From assembly GCA_052273165.1 (NCBI GenBank), contig DAVZIU010000004.1: 64,000 nucleotides of DNA; one strand, written 5' to 3'. Position numbers and translations under genes: made by a program. A model generated the notes under the pieces. That model did no database searches and was not told where the DNA came from. It saw only the letters and a program-made list of their open reading frames with translations. Within the stretch, counting starts at the first letter, position 1. Each line of letters starts with the position of its first letter. The stretch comes from Treponema berlinense. GTDB taxonomy: Bacteria; Spirochaetota; Spirochaetia; Treponematales; Treponemataceae. Positions 10,013-19,502 of the stretch are shown here, piece by piece.

Positions 10013-11176
10013 ATGAAAAAAGCATTCTTGATTTTGGCAGATGGAACGGTTTTTGAAGGAAATTCCATCGGTGCTATTGGCTCTGTAATCGGAGAAACGG
10101 TTTTTACAACTGGAATGACCGGTTACCTCGAAACTCTTACCGACCCGAGTTATTACGGACAAATTGTTACCCAGACTTTTCCATTGATCGGTAACTACGG
10201 AATGATTCCAGAAGACTACGAAAGCAAAAAATGTCATATCCGTGGCTACATTGTCCGGGAACTTTGCGAAAAACCTTCTAATTTTCGTTGCAAACTGACA
10301 CTCGACGATTTTTTAAGGCAACAGAATATAATCGGGATTTGCGGAATTGACACCAGAAGGCTTACAAAAATTTTGCGAGAAGCTGGAGTTATGAACGGAA
10401 TGATTGTTACCGCAGAAACCTGCCCACAAATTGATAAAAATCTTCTTTCAAAAATAAAATCCTACCAAATTGTTGATGCCGTAAAAAATGTTCAAAACAG
10501 CATGATTTTAGAACCACTCAAGAATGCAGTCGAACCGAAAAAAACTCCATTTTATACAAAAGATTTTGCAGACGGAAAAGAAAAAACCATTGCTCTTTTT
10601 GATTTTGGGGCAAAGGCGAATATTGAACGCGAACTTGAACGGCGTGGTTGCACTGTAAAAGTTGTTCCTTACGACACGACAGCAGAACAGATAAAGGCGA
10701 TGAATGTTGACGGAATAATGCTTAGCAACGGTCCTGGAGATCCTGCGGAAAATGTCGGTGTAATTGCCGAAATAAAAAAACTCTGCGAATACGGCAAAAT
10801 TCCGATTTTTGGGATTTGTCTTGGGCACCAGATGCTCGCCCTTGCAAACGGCGCTAAAACAGAAAAATTAAAATACGGACATCGTGGCGGAAATCATCCT
10901 GTAAAGGATTTGCAAAGCGGAAGAGTTTATATTTCCAGCCAGAACCACGGATATGCGGTTAAAAACGAAACTATTCCAAAAAATGCAGAACTGAGTTTTG
11001 TAAACTGCAACGACGGAACTTGCGAAGGCATTGCATACAAAAATATTCCTGCCTTTAGCGTGCAGTTCCATCCAGAAGCATGTGGCGGTCCGCACGACAC
11101 AAACTTTTTATTTGATAGTTTTATAAAAATGATAAATGCGTTAGGGGCTGAAAGGGTGCCGGAGGCAAACCGCTAA
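10013..11176 (+). CDS. carA: Carbamoyl-phosphate synthase small subunit
   Basis: GETVFTTGMTGY, SNGPGDP, GICLGHQ, SVQFHPE. Confidence 0.95.
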   Translation: MKKAFLILADGTVFEGNSIGAIGSVIGETVFTTGMTGYLETLTDPSYYGQIVTQTFPLIGNYGMIPEDYESKKCHIRGYIVRELCEKPSNFRCKLTLDDFLRQQNIIGICGIDTRRLTKILREAGVMNGMIVTAETCPQIDKNLLSKIKSYQIVDAVKNVQNSMILEPLKNAVEPKKTPFYTKDFADGKEKTIALFDFGAKANIERELERRGCTVKVVPYDTTAEQIKAMNVDGIMLSNGPGDPAENVGVIAEIKKLCEYGKIPIFGICLGHQMLALANGAKTEKLKYGHRGGNHPVKDLQSGRVYISSQNHGYAVKNETIPKNAELSFVNCNDGTCEGIAYKNIPAFSVQFHPEACGGPHDTNFLFDSFIKMINALGAERVPEANR

Positions 11177-11225
11177 AAGCGGGTCGAAGCGAAAGCGTAG
11201 CCCTGCAAGACCCGCCCGAACGCCC
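11138..11225 (+). repeat. Structured repeat, family A, overlapping the carA 3' end
   Basis: GCGTT...AACGC(CC) outer stem; GCCGGAGGC, CCGCTAAAAGCGG and GCGAAAGC hairpins. Confidence 0.65.
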
Positions 11226-11256
11226 AAAAAAGTAAAAAACTGATGGAGATTAAAAA

Positions 11257-14200
11257 ATGCCATTGAACAAAAATATACACAAGGTAATGATTATTGGTTC
11301 TGGACCGATTGTAATTGGTCAGGCAGCGGAATTTGACTATGCAGGAAACCAGGCTTGCAAGGCTCTTAAGGCTCAGGGGCTTGAAGTTGTTCTGGTAAAC
11401 TCAAATCCAGCAACTTTAATGACTGACCACGTTATGGCTGACGAAATTTATCTTGAACCGCTCAATGTTGAAACCTTGCAGAGAATTATCGAAAAAGAAA
11501 AACCAGATTCGCTGCTTTCGACACTTGGTGGTCAGACTGGACTTACTTTGAGTATGGAACTTGCAAAGTCGGGTTTTTTGGAAAACCATGGAGTGCAGCT
11601 TTTGGGTGCGCGTCCGCTTACGATTGACAAGGCTGAAGACCGGCAAATGTTCAAGGATACGATGGAAGAGATTGGAGAACCTTGTATTCCTTCAAAAGTT
11701 GTGACTGATTACGATGATGCTCTTGATTTTGCAAAAAATAAAATCGGTTTTCCTGTTATAATCCGTCCGGCTTTTACTCTGGGTGGAACTGGCGGCGGAA
11801 TTGCATATAACGAAAAAGAATTTGATGAAATTGCCCACAACGGACTTCATCGCTCGCCGATTCACCAGATTCTAGTTGAAAAATGTATTTCTGGCTGGAA
11901 AGAAGTTGAATTTGAAGTTATGCGCGACCATGCAGGCAATGTTCTTACTGTCTGCTCAATGGAAAATTTTGATCCAGTTGGTGTTCATACTGGAGACTCG
12001 ATTGTAATCGCTCCGACCGTAACACTTGCCGACAAAGAATATCAGATGCTCCGTTCGGCAGCCTTGAATATAATTTCTGCCCTCGAAATCGAAGGCGGTT
12101 GCAACTGTCAGTTTGCGCTCAATCCAGAAACTTTTGAATACGCCGTAATCGAAGTAAATCCGCGTGTAAGCCGTTCTTCCGCGCTGGCTTCAAAAGCAAC
12201 TGGATATCCGATTGCAAAAGTTGCAGCTCTAATCGCCGTTGGCTACAACCTTGATGAAATTCCGAACTTTGTAACTGGAAAGACAAAGGCTTGCTTTGAA
12301 CCAGTTTTAGATTATGTTGTCGTAAAAGTTCCAAAATTCCCGTTTGAAAAATTCGTTTACGCCGCAAGAAAACTTGGTACGCAGATGAAGGCGACTGGAG
12401 AAGTTATGGCTATCGGCCAGAATTTTGAAGAAGCGATTTTAAAGGCAATCCGTGGCGCTGAACTTGGTGTAAAAGACCTGAATCTTGCCACATTTGCAAA
12501 AGAAAACGAAGAAAAAATCCGCGAAAGGATCGGAAAATGCACAGACCAAAGAATTTTTGCAATATATCAGGCTCTAAAACGAAAAATAATGAGCGTGGAC
12601 GAAATTCACGAAGTTACAAAAATTGATGAATGGTTTTTGTATAAACTCGAAAATATTGCCGAAGCCGAAAAAAAAGCCGTTGCAAATTCCGCACCGACCG
12701 TTCATGCTCCAATGCTCTACTCTCCAGCTTCGTTCAAAATGGTAGACACCTGCGCTGGCGAGTTCAGCGCAGAATCTCCGTATTTTTATTCGACAACTGG
12801 CGGAGAAAACGAGGCAGAAGAATTTCTTGAAGGGCTTGAAAAGGAAGGAAAACGCAGCAAAAAAGGAACGATTATTGTTTTGGGGTCCGGACCAATCAGA
12901 ATCGGACAGGGAATTGAATTCGACTACGCTTCGGTTCAGTGCGTATGGTCGCTCAAAAAACTCGGCTATGAAGTTGCAATCATAAACAACAATCCAGAAA
13001 CTGTTTCGACAGACTTTGACACTGCCGACCGTCTTTATTTTGAACCGCTCACTCCTGTCGACGTTATGAATGTAATCAAGGTTGAAAAACCAGTCGGTGT
13101 TGTAGTTGCATTTGGCGGACAGACTGCCATCAAACTTACAAAATACCTCGACGGCCAGGGAATCCGAATTCTCGGAACAAGCGCAGATGGAATTGACCTT
13201 GCAGAAGACAGGGAACGTTTTGAAGAACTTTGCGAGAGACTTAACGTAAACCGTCCGAAAGGACAAACCGTCTTTACAGAAGTTGAAGCTCTAGAAGCAG
13301 CCGCCCGCCTTACCTATCCTGTTTTGATGCGTCCAAGTTACGTTCTTGGCGGACAGAATATGATCATTGCGCGAACAAATGCCGACATCAAGGAATACAT
13401 GAAAATTATCCTTGCGCAAGGAATTACAAATCCTGTTTTGATTGACAAATACATGGAAGGAACAGAACTTGAAGTCGACTGCATTTGCGACGGTGAAGAT
13501 GTTTTGATTCCAGGAATTATGGAACATGTCGAAAGAACAGGAATCCACTCAGGAGATTCAATCGCAGTTTATCCTGCATGGAACTTTACGGACGAAATGA
13601 CAAAAAACGTCGTAGAAAAATCGCGTGACATGGCTTTAGCTCTTGGAACTCAAGGACTTGTAAATATTCAGTGGCTTTTTTACAACGGTCAGTTGAATAT
13701 TATCGAAGCAAATCCTCGCTCTTCGCGGACAGTTCCTTATTTGAGCAAGGTTACAGGAATTCCAATGGTTGAACTTGCTACCCGGGCAATGCTCGGCGAA
13801 AAAGTACGCGACATGGGCTATGGAACAGGACTTTACAGAAAACCTGATTATTACGCCGTAAAAGTTCCAGTATTCAGTTTTGAAAAGCTTATGGACGTAG
13901 ACACTCACCTTGGGCCGGAAATGAAGTCAACTGGAGAAGTTCTGGGAATTGCAAAAACACGAGAAGAAGCGATTTTTAAGGGAATGGTTGCGGCTGGCTG
14001 GAAGATGATTCATCCTGCGCTTGCAAAAAAAGGCGAACCGACAGGAGTTTTATTCAGCGTAAGAAAGTCTGACAGACCTGAACTGCCGGCACTTGCAAAA
14101 AAATACAGCGATTTGGGATTTACGCTCTACGCAACGGAAGGAAATGCCGACACAATCGAGCGTTCTGGAATGAAAGTAACAAGGGTGAATAAAGTTCACG

Positions 14201-14442
14201 AAAATTACAACGAAAACGTAATGACACTTCTCGAAAGCGGAAAAATCTGCTATGTAGTTTCAACTTCCGCAAAAGGACGAGATCCTTCTTCAGAAAGCGT
14301 TCGTCTGCGCCGTCTTGCAGTTGAACACGATATTGACTGCCTGACAGCAATCGACACGGCAAACGCACTTGCAGATTCACTTTCTGGAAAATTTACGGAT
14401 TTAAATACAACTTTGGTTGATATAAACAAGCTGTTTCATTAG
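11257..14442 (+). CDS. carB: Carbamoyl-phosphate synthase large subunit
   Basis: GSGPIVIGQAAEFDY, two ATP-grasp halves, KMVDTCAGEF, C-terminal MGS domain. Confidence 0.96.
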   Translation: MPLNKNIHKVMIIGSGPIVIGQAAEFDYAGNQACKALKAQGLEVVLVNSNPATLMTDHVMADEIYLEPLNVETLQRIIEKEKPDSLLSTLGGQTGLTLSMELAKSGFLENHGVQLLGARPLTIDKAEDRQMFKDTMEEIGEPCIPSKVVTDYDDALDFAKNKIGFPVIIRPAFTLGGTGGGIAYNEKEFDEIAHNGLHRSPIHQILVEKCISGWKEVEFEVMRDHAGNVLTVCSMENFDPVGVHTGDSIVIAPTVTLADKEYQMLRSAALNIISALEIEGGCNCQFALNPETFEYAVIEVNPRVSRSSALASKATGYPIAKVAALIAVGYNLDEIPNFVTGKTKACFEPVLDYVVVKVPKFPFEKFVYAARKLGTQMKATGEVMAIGQNFEEAILKAIRGAELGVKDLNLATFAKENEEKIRERIGKCTDQRIFAIYQALKRKIMSVDEIHEVTKIDEWFLYKLENIAEAEKKAVANSAPTVHAPMLYSPASFKMVDTCAGEFSAESPYFYSTTGGENEAEEFLEGLEKEGKRSKKGTIIVLGSGPIRIGQGIEFDYASVQCVWSLKKLGYEVAIINNNPETVSTDFDTADRLYFEPLTPVDVMNVIKVEKPVGVVVAFGGQTAIKLTKYLDGQGIRILGTSADGIDLAEDRERFEELCERLNVNRPKGQTVFTEVEALEAAARLTYPVLMRPSYVLGGQNMIIARTNADIKEYMKIILAQGITNPVLIDKYMEGTELEVDCICDGEDVLIPGIMEHVERTGIHSGDSIAVYPAWNFTDEMTKNVVEKSRDMALALGTQGLVNIQWLFYNGQLNIIEANPRSSRTVPYLSKVTGIPMVELATRAMLGEKVRDMGYGTGLYRKPDYYAVKVPVFSFEKLMDVDTHLGPEMKSTGEVLGIAKTREEAIFKGMVAAGWKMIHPALAKKGEPTGVLFSVRKSDRPELPALAKKYSDLGFTLYATEGNADTIERSGMKVTRVNKVHENYNENVMTLLESGKICYVVSTSAKGRDPSSESVRLRRLAVEHDIDCLTAIDTANALADSLSGKFTDLNTTLVDINKLFH

Positions 14443-14514
14443 TTTTGACTTTTGTTCGGCAAAGATGATTTGCGGACAAATTCTGCAATTTTTGCAGCCA
14501 GAAAACTAGCGAAC

Positions 14515-14624
14515 TTGAAAAAAAAAGTTTTTAGTATTATTATTCGAGACGAAATTATTAGTTGACGAAGAAGTCGCGGGCACAGTTCCGATTTTTAACG
14601 GGATTGCTGTCGGCGACTTTTTTT
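14515..14624 (+). promoter_or_regulatory. pyrG promoter and attenuator-like leader
   Basis: TTGAAA-N17-TATTAT; GAC-GAAGAA-GTC (14564-14575) overlaps the terminator AAGTCGC...GCGACTT plus U-run. Confidence 0.65.
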
Positions 14625-14653
14625 ATTTTAAAAATTTTATCAAGAGGTTTTGT

Positions 14654-16246
14654 ATGTCAAAATTCATTTTTGTGACCGGCGGAGTTGTAAGCGGTTTAGG
14701 AAAAGGAATTACAGCCGCAAGTCTGGGCCGGCTTTTAAAATGCCGCGGTTTAAAAATTGCATCTCAAAAACTAGATCCTTATATGAACGTTGATCCTGGA
14801 ACAATGAGCCCATTTCAGCACGGCGAAGTTTTTGTAACAGACGACGGAGCAGAAACCGACCTTGATCTGGGACATTACGAACGTTTTATCGACGAAAATT
14901 TAAATAAATATTCAAATTTGACCTCTGGAAGAGTTTACTGGAACGTTTTGAACAAAGAACGGCAGGGCGAGTATCTCGGTCAGACAGTGCAAATAATTCC
15001 TCATGTAACAAACGAAATCAAGGATTTTATTTTAAAAAATGCGCAGGTAAGCGGCGCAGACGTTTCTATCGTAGAAATCGGAGGAACAATCGGCGACATC
15101 GAAAGCCAGCCTTTTTTAGAGGCAATCCGCCAGCTTTCTACAGAAGTTGGAAGAAAAAACTGCCTTTTTATTCACGTTTGCCTGGTTCCGTACATTTCTG
15201 GCAGCGACGAATACAAATCTAAGCCGACTCAGCACTCGGTAAAAGAACTCATGGCCGTTGGAATACATCCTGACCTTATCGTAACCCGTTCGGACGAAGC
15301 AGTTCCCGAAGAAATCCGCCAAAAAATCAGTCTTTTTTGCAATGTTGCGGAAGACTGCGTAATCGACAACAAAACCCTGAATTCACTTTACGAAGTTCCG
15401 CTCATGCTCCACGAACAAAAAATGGACGAAGTTGTCTGTCGCGAACTAGGAATCGAAGGAACAACTTCAAACCTTTCAGAGTGGGAAAAAATGGTGAATT
15501 CAATTCACTCAAGAAAAGGCGAAATTCAGATTGCCCTTGTCGGAAAATACGTAAAACTCCACGATTCATATTTGAGCATTGTCGAAAGTTTGAATCACGC
15601 TTCTTTTGTTGTCGGCCGCAAATTAAAAATAAAATGGGTTGATTCTGACAGCGTAACAGACAAAACTGCCCCGGAAATTTTTAAGGACTGCGCAGGAATA
15701 ATTCTTCCGGGCGGATTTGGAAACCGCGGAATCGAAGGAATGATTACTACTGCCCGATTCGCCAGAACCCACAAAAGACCATATTTTGGAATCTGTCTTG
15801 GAATGCAAATCGCCGTGATTGAATTTGCACGCGATATTTTGAATTTTAACGACGCCAACAGCCGGGAATTTGACGAACAGTGCGAACATACAGTAATTGA
15901 CCTTATGAAAGACCAGGAAGGCGTAATTATGGGCGGAACAATGCGCCTCGGAAAATATCCTTGCAAAATTCAAAAAGGAACAATCCTCGAAAAAGCCTAC
16001 AAATCGAATTTAATCGAAGAACGGCACAGACACCGCTACGAGTTTAACAATTCGTACCGCAAACAAATGCAGGACGCAGGTCTTATAATTGGAGGAACAA
16101 GCCCAGATGACAAAATCGTAGAAACGGTCGAGCTTTCTGAAAAAGAACATCCATTTTTTGTAGGAGTTCAATTCCATCCAGAATTTAAGTCCCGTCCAAA
16201 CCGCGCAAGTCCACTTTTTGTTGAATTTTTAAAAGCGTGCCTGTAA
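14654..16246 (+). CDS. pyrG: CTP synthase
   Basis: KFIFVTGGVVSGLGKG, DLDLGHYERF, GICLGMQ, QFHPEF. Confidence 0.97.
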   Translation: MSKFIFVTGGVVSGLGKGITAASLGRLLKCRGLKIASQKLDPYMNVDPGTMSPFQHGEVFVTDDGAETDLDLGHYERFIDENLNKYSNLTSGRVYWNVLNKERQGEYLGQTVQIIPHVTNEIKDFILKNAQVSGADVSIVEIGGTIGDIESQPFLEAIRQLSTEVGRKNCLFIHVCLVPYISGSDEYKSKPTQHSVKELMAVGIHPDLIVTRSDEAVPEEIRQKISLFCNVAEDCVIDNKTLNSLYEVPLMLHEQKMDEVVCRELGIEGTTSNLSEWEKMVNSIHSRKGEIQIALVGKYVKLHDSYLSIVESLNHASFVVGRKLKIKWVDSDSVTDKTAPEIFKDCAGIILPGGFGNRGIEGMITTARFARTHKRPYFGICLGMQIAVIEFARDILNFNDANSREFDEQCEHTVIDLMKDQEGVIMGGTMRLGKYPCKIQKGTILEKAYKSNLIEERHRHRYEFNNSYRKQMQDAGLIIGGTSPDDKIVETVELSEKEHPFFVGVQFHPEFKSRPNRASPLFVEFLKACL

Positions 16247-16263
16247 GTTTTGGCAAAAAATTC

Positions 16264-16353
16264 TACACCGGATGCGGAAAGCGCAGTTGGCACGACAGTG
16301 CCAATGAGGGCTACCGAACTTGAAGCAGCCGGTTAGACACCAGTTTGCCGTCC
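16264..16353 (+). repeat. Structured intergenic repeat, family B
   Basis: TACACCGGATGCG...GCAGCCGGTTAGAC...CCGTCC; same ends as 35107-35265. Confidence 0.7.
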
Positions 16354-16383
16354 ATTTCTTTTTCTGCTAGAATATTTGAACTT

Positions 16384-16842
16384 ATGGAAAATTCAAGAAA
16401 AATCATTGTTTATACGGACGGCGGTTGCCACGGAAATCCTGGTCCTGGAGGTTGGGCCTGTGTAATCATTGCAGAAGGCGAAGCTCGCCAGTTAAGCGGT
16501 GGCGATAAATTGACTACAAATAACAAAATGGAACTTACAGCGGCAATCAACGCACTTTCGGCAATTTACAACACGGAAAGGTTTCGGAACTGCCCGGTTC
16601 AACTAAATATTGACAGTCAGTACGTAAAAAACGGAATTACAGGCTGGATTTTTGGCTGGAAAAAAAACGGCTGGAAAACTGCCGCAAAAAAACCGGTTTT
16701 AAACCGCGAACTTTGGGAAAAACTCGATTCCCTCAATTCCCTCTTAAACGTCGAATGGAACTGGGTTAAAGGTCATGCCGGAGTTGAATACAACGAAGTC
16801 TGCGACAGTCTTTGCCAGAGCGAAATTGCAAAGTTTGAATAG
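16384..16842 (+). CDS. rnhA: Ribonuclease HI
   Basis: YTDGGCHGNPGPGGW, TTNNKMEL, DSQYV, WVKGHAG; start moved to ATG 16384. Confidence 0.95.
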   Translation: MENSRKIIVYTDGGCHGNPGPGGWACVIIAEGEARQLSGGDKLTTNNKMELTAAINALSAIYNTERFRNCPVQLNIDSQYVKNGITGWIFGWKKNGWKTAAKKPVLNRELWEKLDSLNSLLNVEWNWVKGHAGVEYNEVCDSLCQSEIAKFE

Positions 16843-16847
16843 TTTTA

Positions 16848-18206
16848 TCAGGCTTTTTTATTTTTTCCAAAGGCAAGTCTTGCAAGCATTATAAGTCCGC
16901 GGAAACAAAGCTCAATAGCCATTGCAAACCAGATTCCTTTTAGAGCGTAGTTTTTTACGAGAATAAAACTTAGGCTCAAACGCACAACCCACAGGCTAAA
17001 AAGATTTAAAATGCTTGGAACGAAGGTGTCGCCTTTTCCGCGGAGAGCGCCCATTGCAACAATGCTCGCTCCAAAAAGAGGCTCCGCAAAAAGTTCTATT
17101 CTGAGCACTTCAACCGAAAGAGCGCGGATTGCAGGGTTTGGCGTTATAAATTTAAAAACAAGCGGACAAGCAAAATACATGGCAAGTCCGCTCACCGTCA
17201 TCAGAACGATTCCGTAAAAAACCGTAATCCAACTGAACGAACGAACCAAATCCCGCCTTTTTGCGCCAAAACTCTGACCAACGAGAGTTGTAGCCGCCTC
17301 CGAAATTCCATATCCAGGCATATAACAAAGGCTTTCGGCAGTCGTTGCAAAAGAATTTGCGGCAAGACTTACAGCGCCCAAAGGAGAAACCATTCTCGTA
17401 ACTACGACAAGTGCGCCACTAAAAGCAGAACTTTCCAGGGCAACAGGAGCTGCAAGTTTAACCGCCTTTTTTACCACGCTTCCGTCAAAAAAGAAACCTT
17501 TATATCCGGTAAATTTCAAATACTCAGACTTAAAAAGACTAAAATACAAAAAAAGCAGGGCAACGCTCAAGGCAGAGCACGCAGAACCAAGCGCCGCGCC
17601 TTTTACGCCAAGATTTAACACAAATATAAAAAGAAAATTAAATGCAATATCAAAAAAACACATCAATGCATTTAAAATACCAGGAAGTTTCATGTTTCCA
17701 GAACATTGCTGCATTCCGCCAAGCAGATAAACAATTTCATAAAAAGGAGCAGAAAGACAAAAAATCAAAAAATACCAAAAAGCGTCATTGTAAATCTCAT
17801 CACTTGCACCAAGCCACAAAGGCAGTTTAAAACTTATTCCAGTTCCAAACAAAAGCAAAAACAGGCTAAAACAAATGCAGATCAAAAGCGCATTAAAAAG
17901 CAAATTTTTCGTTTTGGATTTTTCTCCAGCGCCGACAAGATGCGCCATTTGAACCGTAAATCCAATGCAAAGAGCGTGCAAAAGACTTCCCAAAACCCAG
18001 GTCGAGGAAGCAACCAGACCTATACTCGCCGACTGCCGCGCTCCCAAAAACCCAACCATTGCGGCATCAATATATTGCATCAAAATCGATGACAACTGCG
18101 CCATCATTCCAGGAATACTCAGGTGCCAGACAAAACCAATCTGCTTTTTAAGAGAAACGGCAGAATTCTGGTTCAAAAGTTCTGACAGGTCAAAATTTTT
18201 GTCCAT
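16848..18206 (-). CDS. MATE family efflux transporter
   Basis: About 12 hydrophobic segments; IDAAMVG, GVKGAALG, LVGQSFGA, LRGKGDT. Confidence 0.9.
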   Translation of the reverse strand: MDKNFDLSELLNQNSAVSLKKQIGFVWHLSIPGMMAQLSSILMQYIDAAMVGFLGARQSASIGLVASSTWVLGSLLHALCIGFTVQMAHLVGAGEKSKTKNLLFNALLICICFSLFLLLFGTGISFKLPLWLGASDEIYNDAFWYFLIFCLSAPFYEIVYLLGGMQQCSGNMKLPGILNALMCFFDIAFNFLFIFVLNLGVKGAALGSACSALSVALLFLYFSLFKSEYLKFTGYKGFFFDGSVVKKAVKLAAPVALESSAFSGALVVVTRMVSPLGAVSLAANSFATTAESLCYMPGYGISEAATTLVGQSFGAKRRDLVRSFSWITVFYGIVLMTVSGLAMYFACPLVFKFITPNPAIRALSVEVLRIELFAEPLFGASIVAMGALRGKGDTFVPSILNLFSLWVVRLSLSFILVKNYALKGIWFAMAIELCFRGLIMLARLAFGKNKKA

Positions 18207-18265
18207 AAAACCATTTTAGATTTTTTAACCGAACAAAACAACCTGATTCAAAAAATAAAAAATCA

Positions 18266-18362
18266 GGACGGGATTTTGCGCTCAAACCGGTGTTTCGCAG
18301 TTCCGCTTTCGCTCCATTGCAAGACCTCTTGCAACGCTTTGCGCTGCTACACCCCGGCGTAA
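18266..18362 (-). repeat. Structured intergenic repeat, family B
   Basis: TTACGCCGG...GCGAAAGCGGAA...CCGGTTTGA...CCGTCC on the minus strand. Confidence 0.7.
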
Positions 18363-18408
18363 GCAAAACCGAAAAACAAAAAGTCTTCCGGCTTTGTTTT
18401 ATTTTTCT

Positions 18409-19341
18409 TTAGTCCTGAAAAAGCGGAGTAGAAAGGTAGCGGTCTCCAGTATCCGGCAAAAGAACAACAATATTCTTTCCCTTGTTTTCTGGACGTTTTG
18501 CAAGTTCAATTGCAGCCCAAGCAGCCGCTCCCGAAGAAATTCCAACAAGAACGCCTTCTTTTTTACCAATCAATTTGCCAGTTGCAAAAGCGTCTTCGTT
18601 TGAAACAGCAATAACTTCGTCATAAATTTTTGTATCAAGAACATCTGGTACAAATCCTGCGCCAATTCCCTGAATTTTATGAGGACCAGCAACTCCTGTC
18701 GAAAGCACAGCAGAAGATTTTGGCTCAACTGCAACAACTTTTACGCCAGGATTTTTTGACTTAAGAAATTTTCCAGTTCCTGTAATAGTTCCACCAGTTC
18801 CTACACCAGCAACAAAAATGTCTACTTTTCCGTCAGTATCTTCCCAAATTTCAGGACCAGTAGACTCAAAATGAGCCTTTGGATTTGCAGGATTAACAAA
18901 TTGACCGGCAATAAAACTGTTTGGAGTATTTGCCTTGATTTCTTCAGCCTTTGCAATTGCACCCTTCATTCCCTTTGAACCGTCAGAAAGTACAAGTTCT
19001 GCACCATAAGCTTTCATAAGCTGGCGGCGCTCAACAGACATTGTTTCTGGCATTACGATTACAATTTTATAACCGCGGGCTGCCGCAACAGAAGCAAGTC
19101 CAATTCCTGTATTTCCAGAAGTTGGCTCAATAATTGTCGAGTCTTTTGTAAGAAGACCTTTTGATTCGGCTTCGTCAAGCATTGCCTTTGCAATGCGGTC
19201 TTTTACAGAACCTGCCGGATTAAAATATTCAAGTTTTGCCAGAATTTTTGCTTCAAGTGAGTTTTCTGACTCGATATGCGACAATTCAAGAAGCGGTGTG
19301 TGTCCAATAAGCTGGTCTGCCGAAGTGTAAATGTTTGCCAT
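18409..19341 (-). CDS. cysK: Cysteine synthase A
   Basis: [39 protein letters not shown]. Confidence 0.96.
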   Translation of the reverse strand: MANIYTSADQLIGHTPLLELSHIESENSLEAKILAKLEYFNPAGSVKDRIAKAMLDEAESKGLLTKDSTIIEPTSGNTGIGLASVAAARGYKIVIVMPETMSVERRQLMKAYGAELVLSDGSKGMKGAIAKAEEIKANTPNSFIAGQFVNPANPKAHFESTGPEIWEDTDGKVDIFVAGVGTGGTITGTGKFLKSKNPGVKVVAVEPKSSAVLSTGVAGPHKIQGIGAGFVPDVLDTKIYDEVIAVSNEDAFATGKLIGKKEGVLVGISSGAAAWAAIELAKRPENKGKNIVVLLPDTGDRYLSTPLFQD

Positions 19342-19359
19342 AGTTTTTCCTCCAAAGCA

Positions 19360-19437
19360 TTATTACCTAGTTGTTTAATAGGTTTATTTGATACTTAATT
19401 TATAATTCTTATTACCTACCTTGTCAATAGGTAATAA
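19360..19437 (-). promoter_or_regulatory. cysK promoter with two palindromic operator copies
   Basis: TTGACA-N17-TATAAA on minus; TTATTACCTA-N9-TAGGTAATAA covers the -35, with a second copy at 19360-19388. Confidence 0.75.
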
Positions 19438-19502
19438 TTTTTTTTGCAAAAAAAATTGGCTCCGCCTAAAAACAAGGCAAAGCCAATTCTATTTTTCGGT
19501 TT

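Noticed and set aside
14544..14585. Bacillus-type reiterative-transcription control of pyrG
   Set aside because: The predicted start region lacks a 5' GGGC; the GGGC present lies inside the terminator stem.
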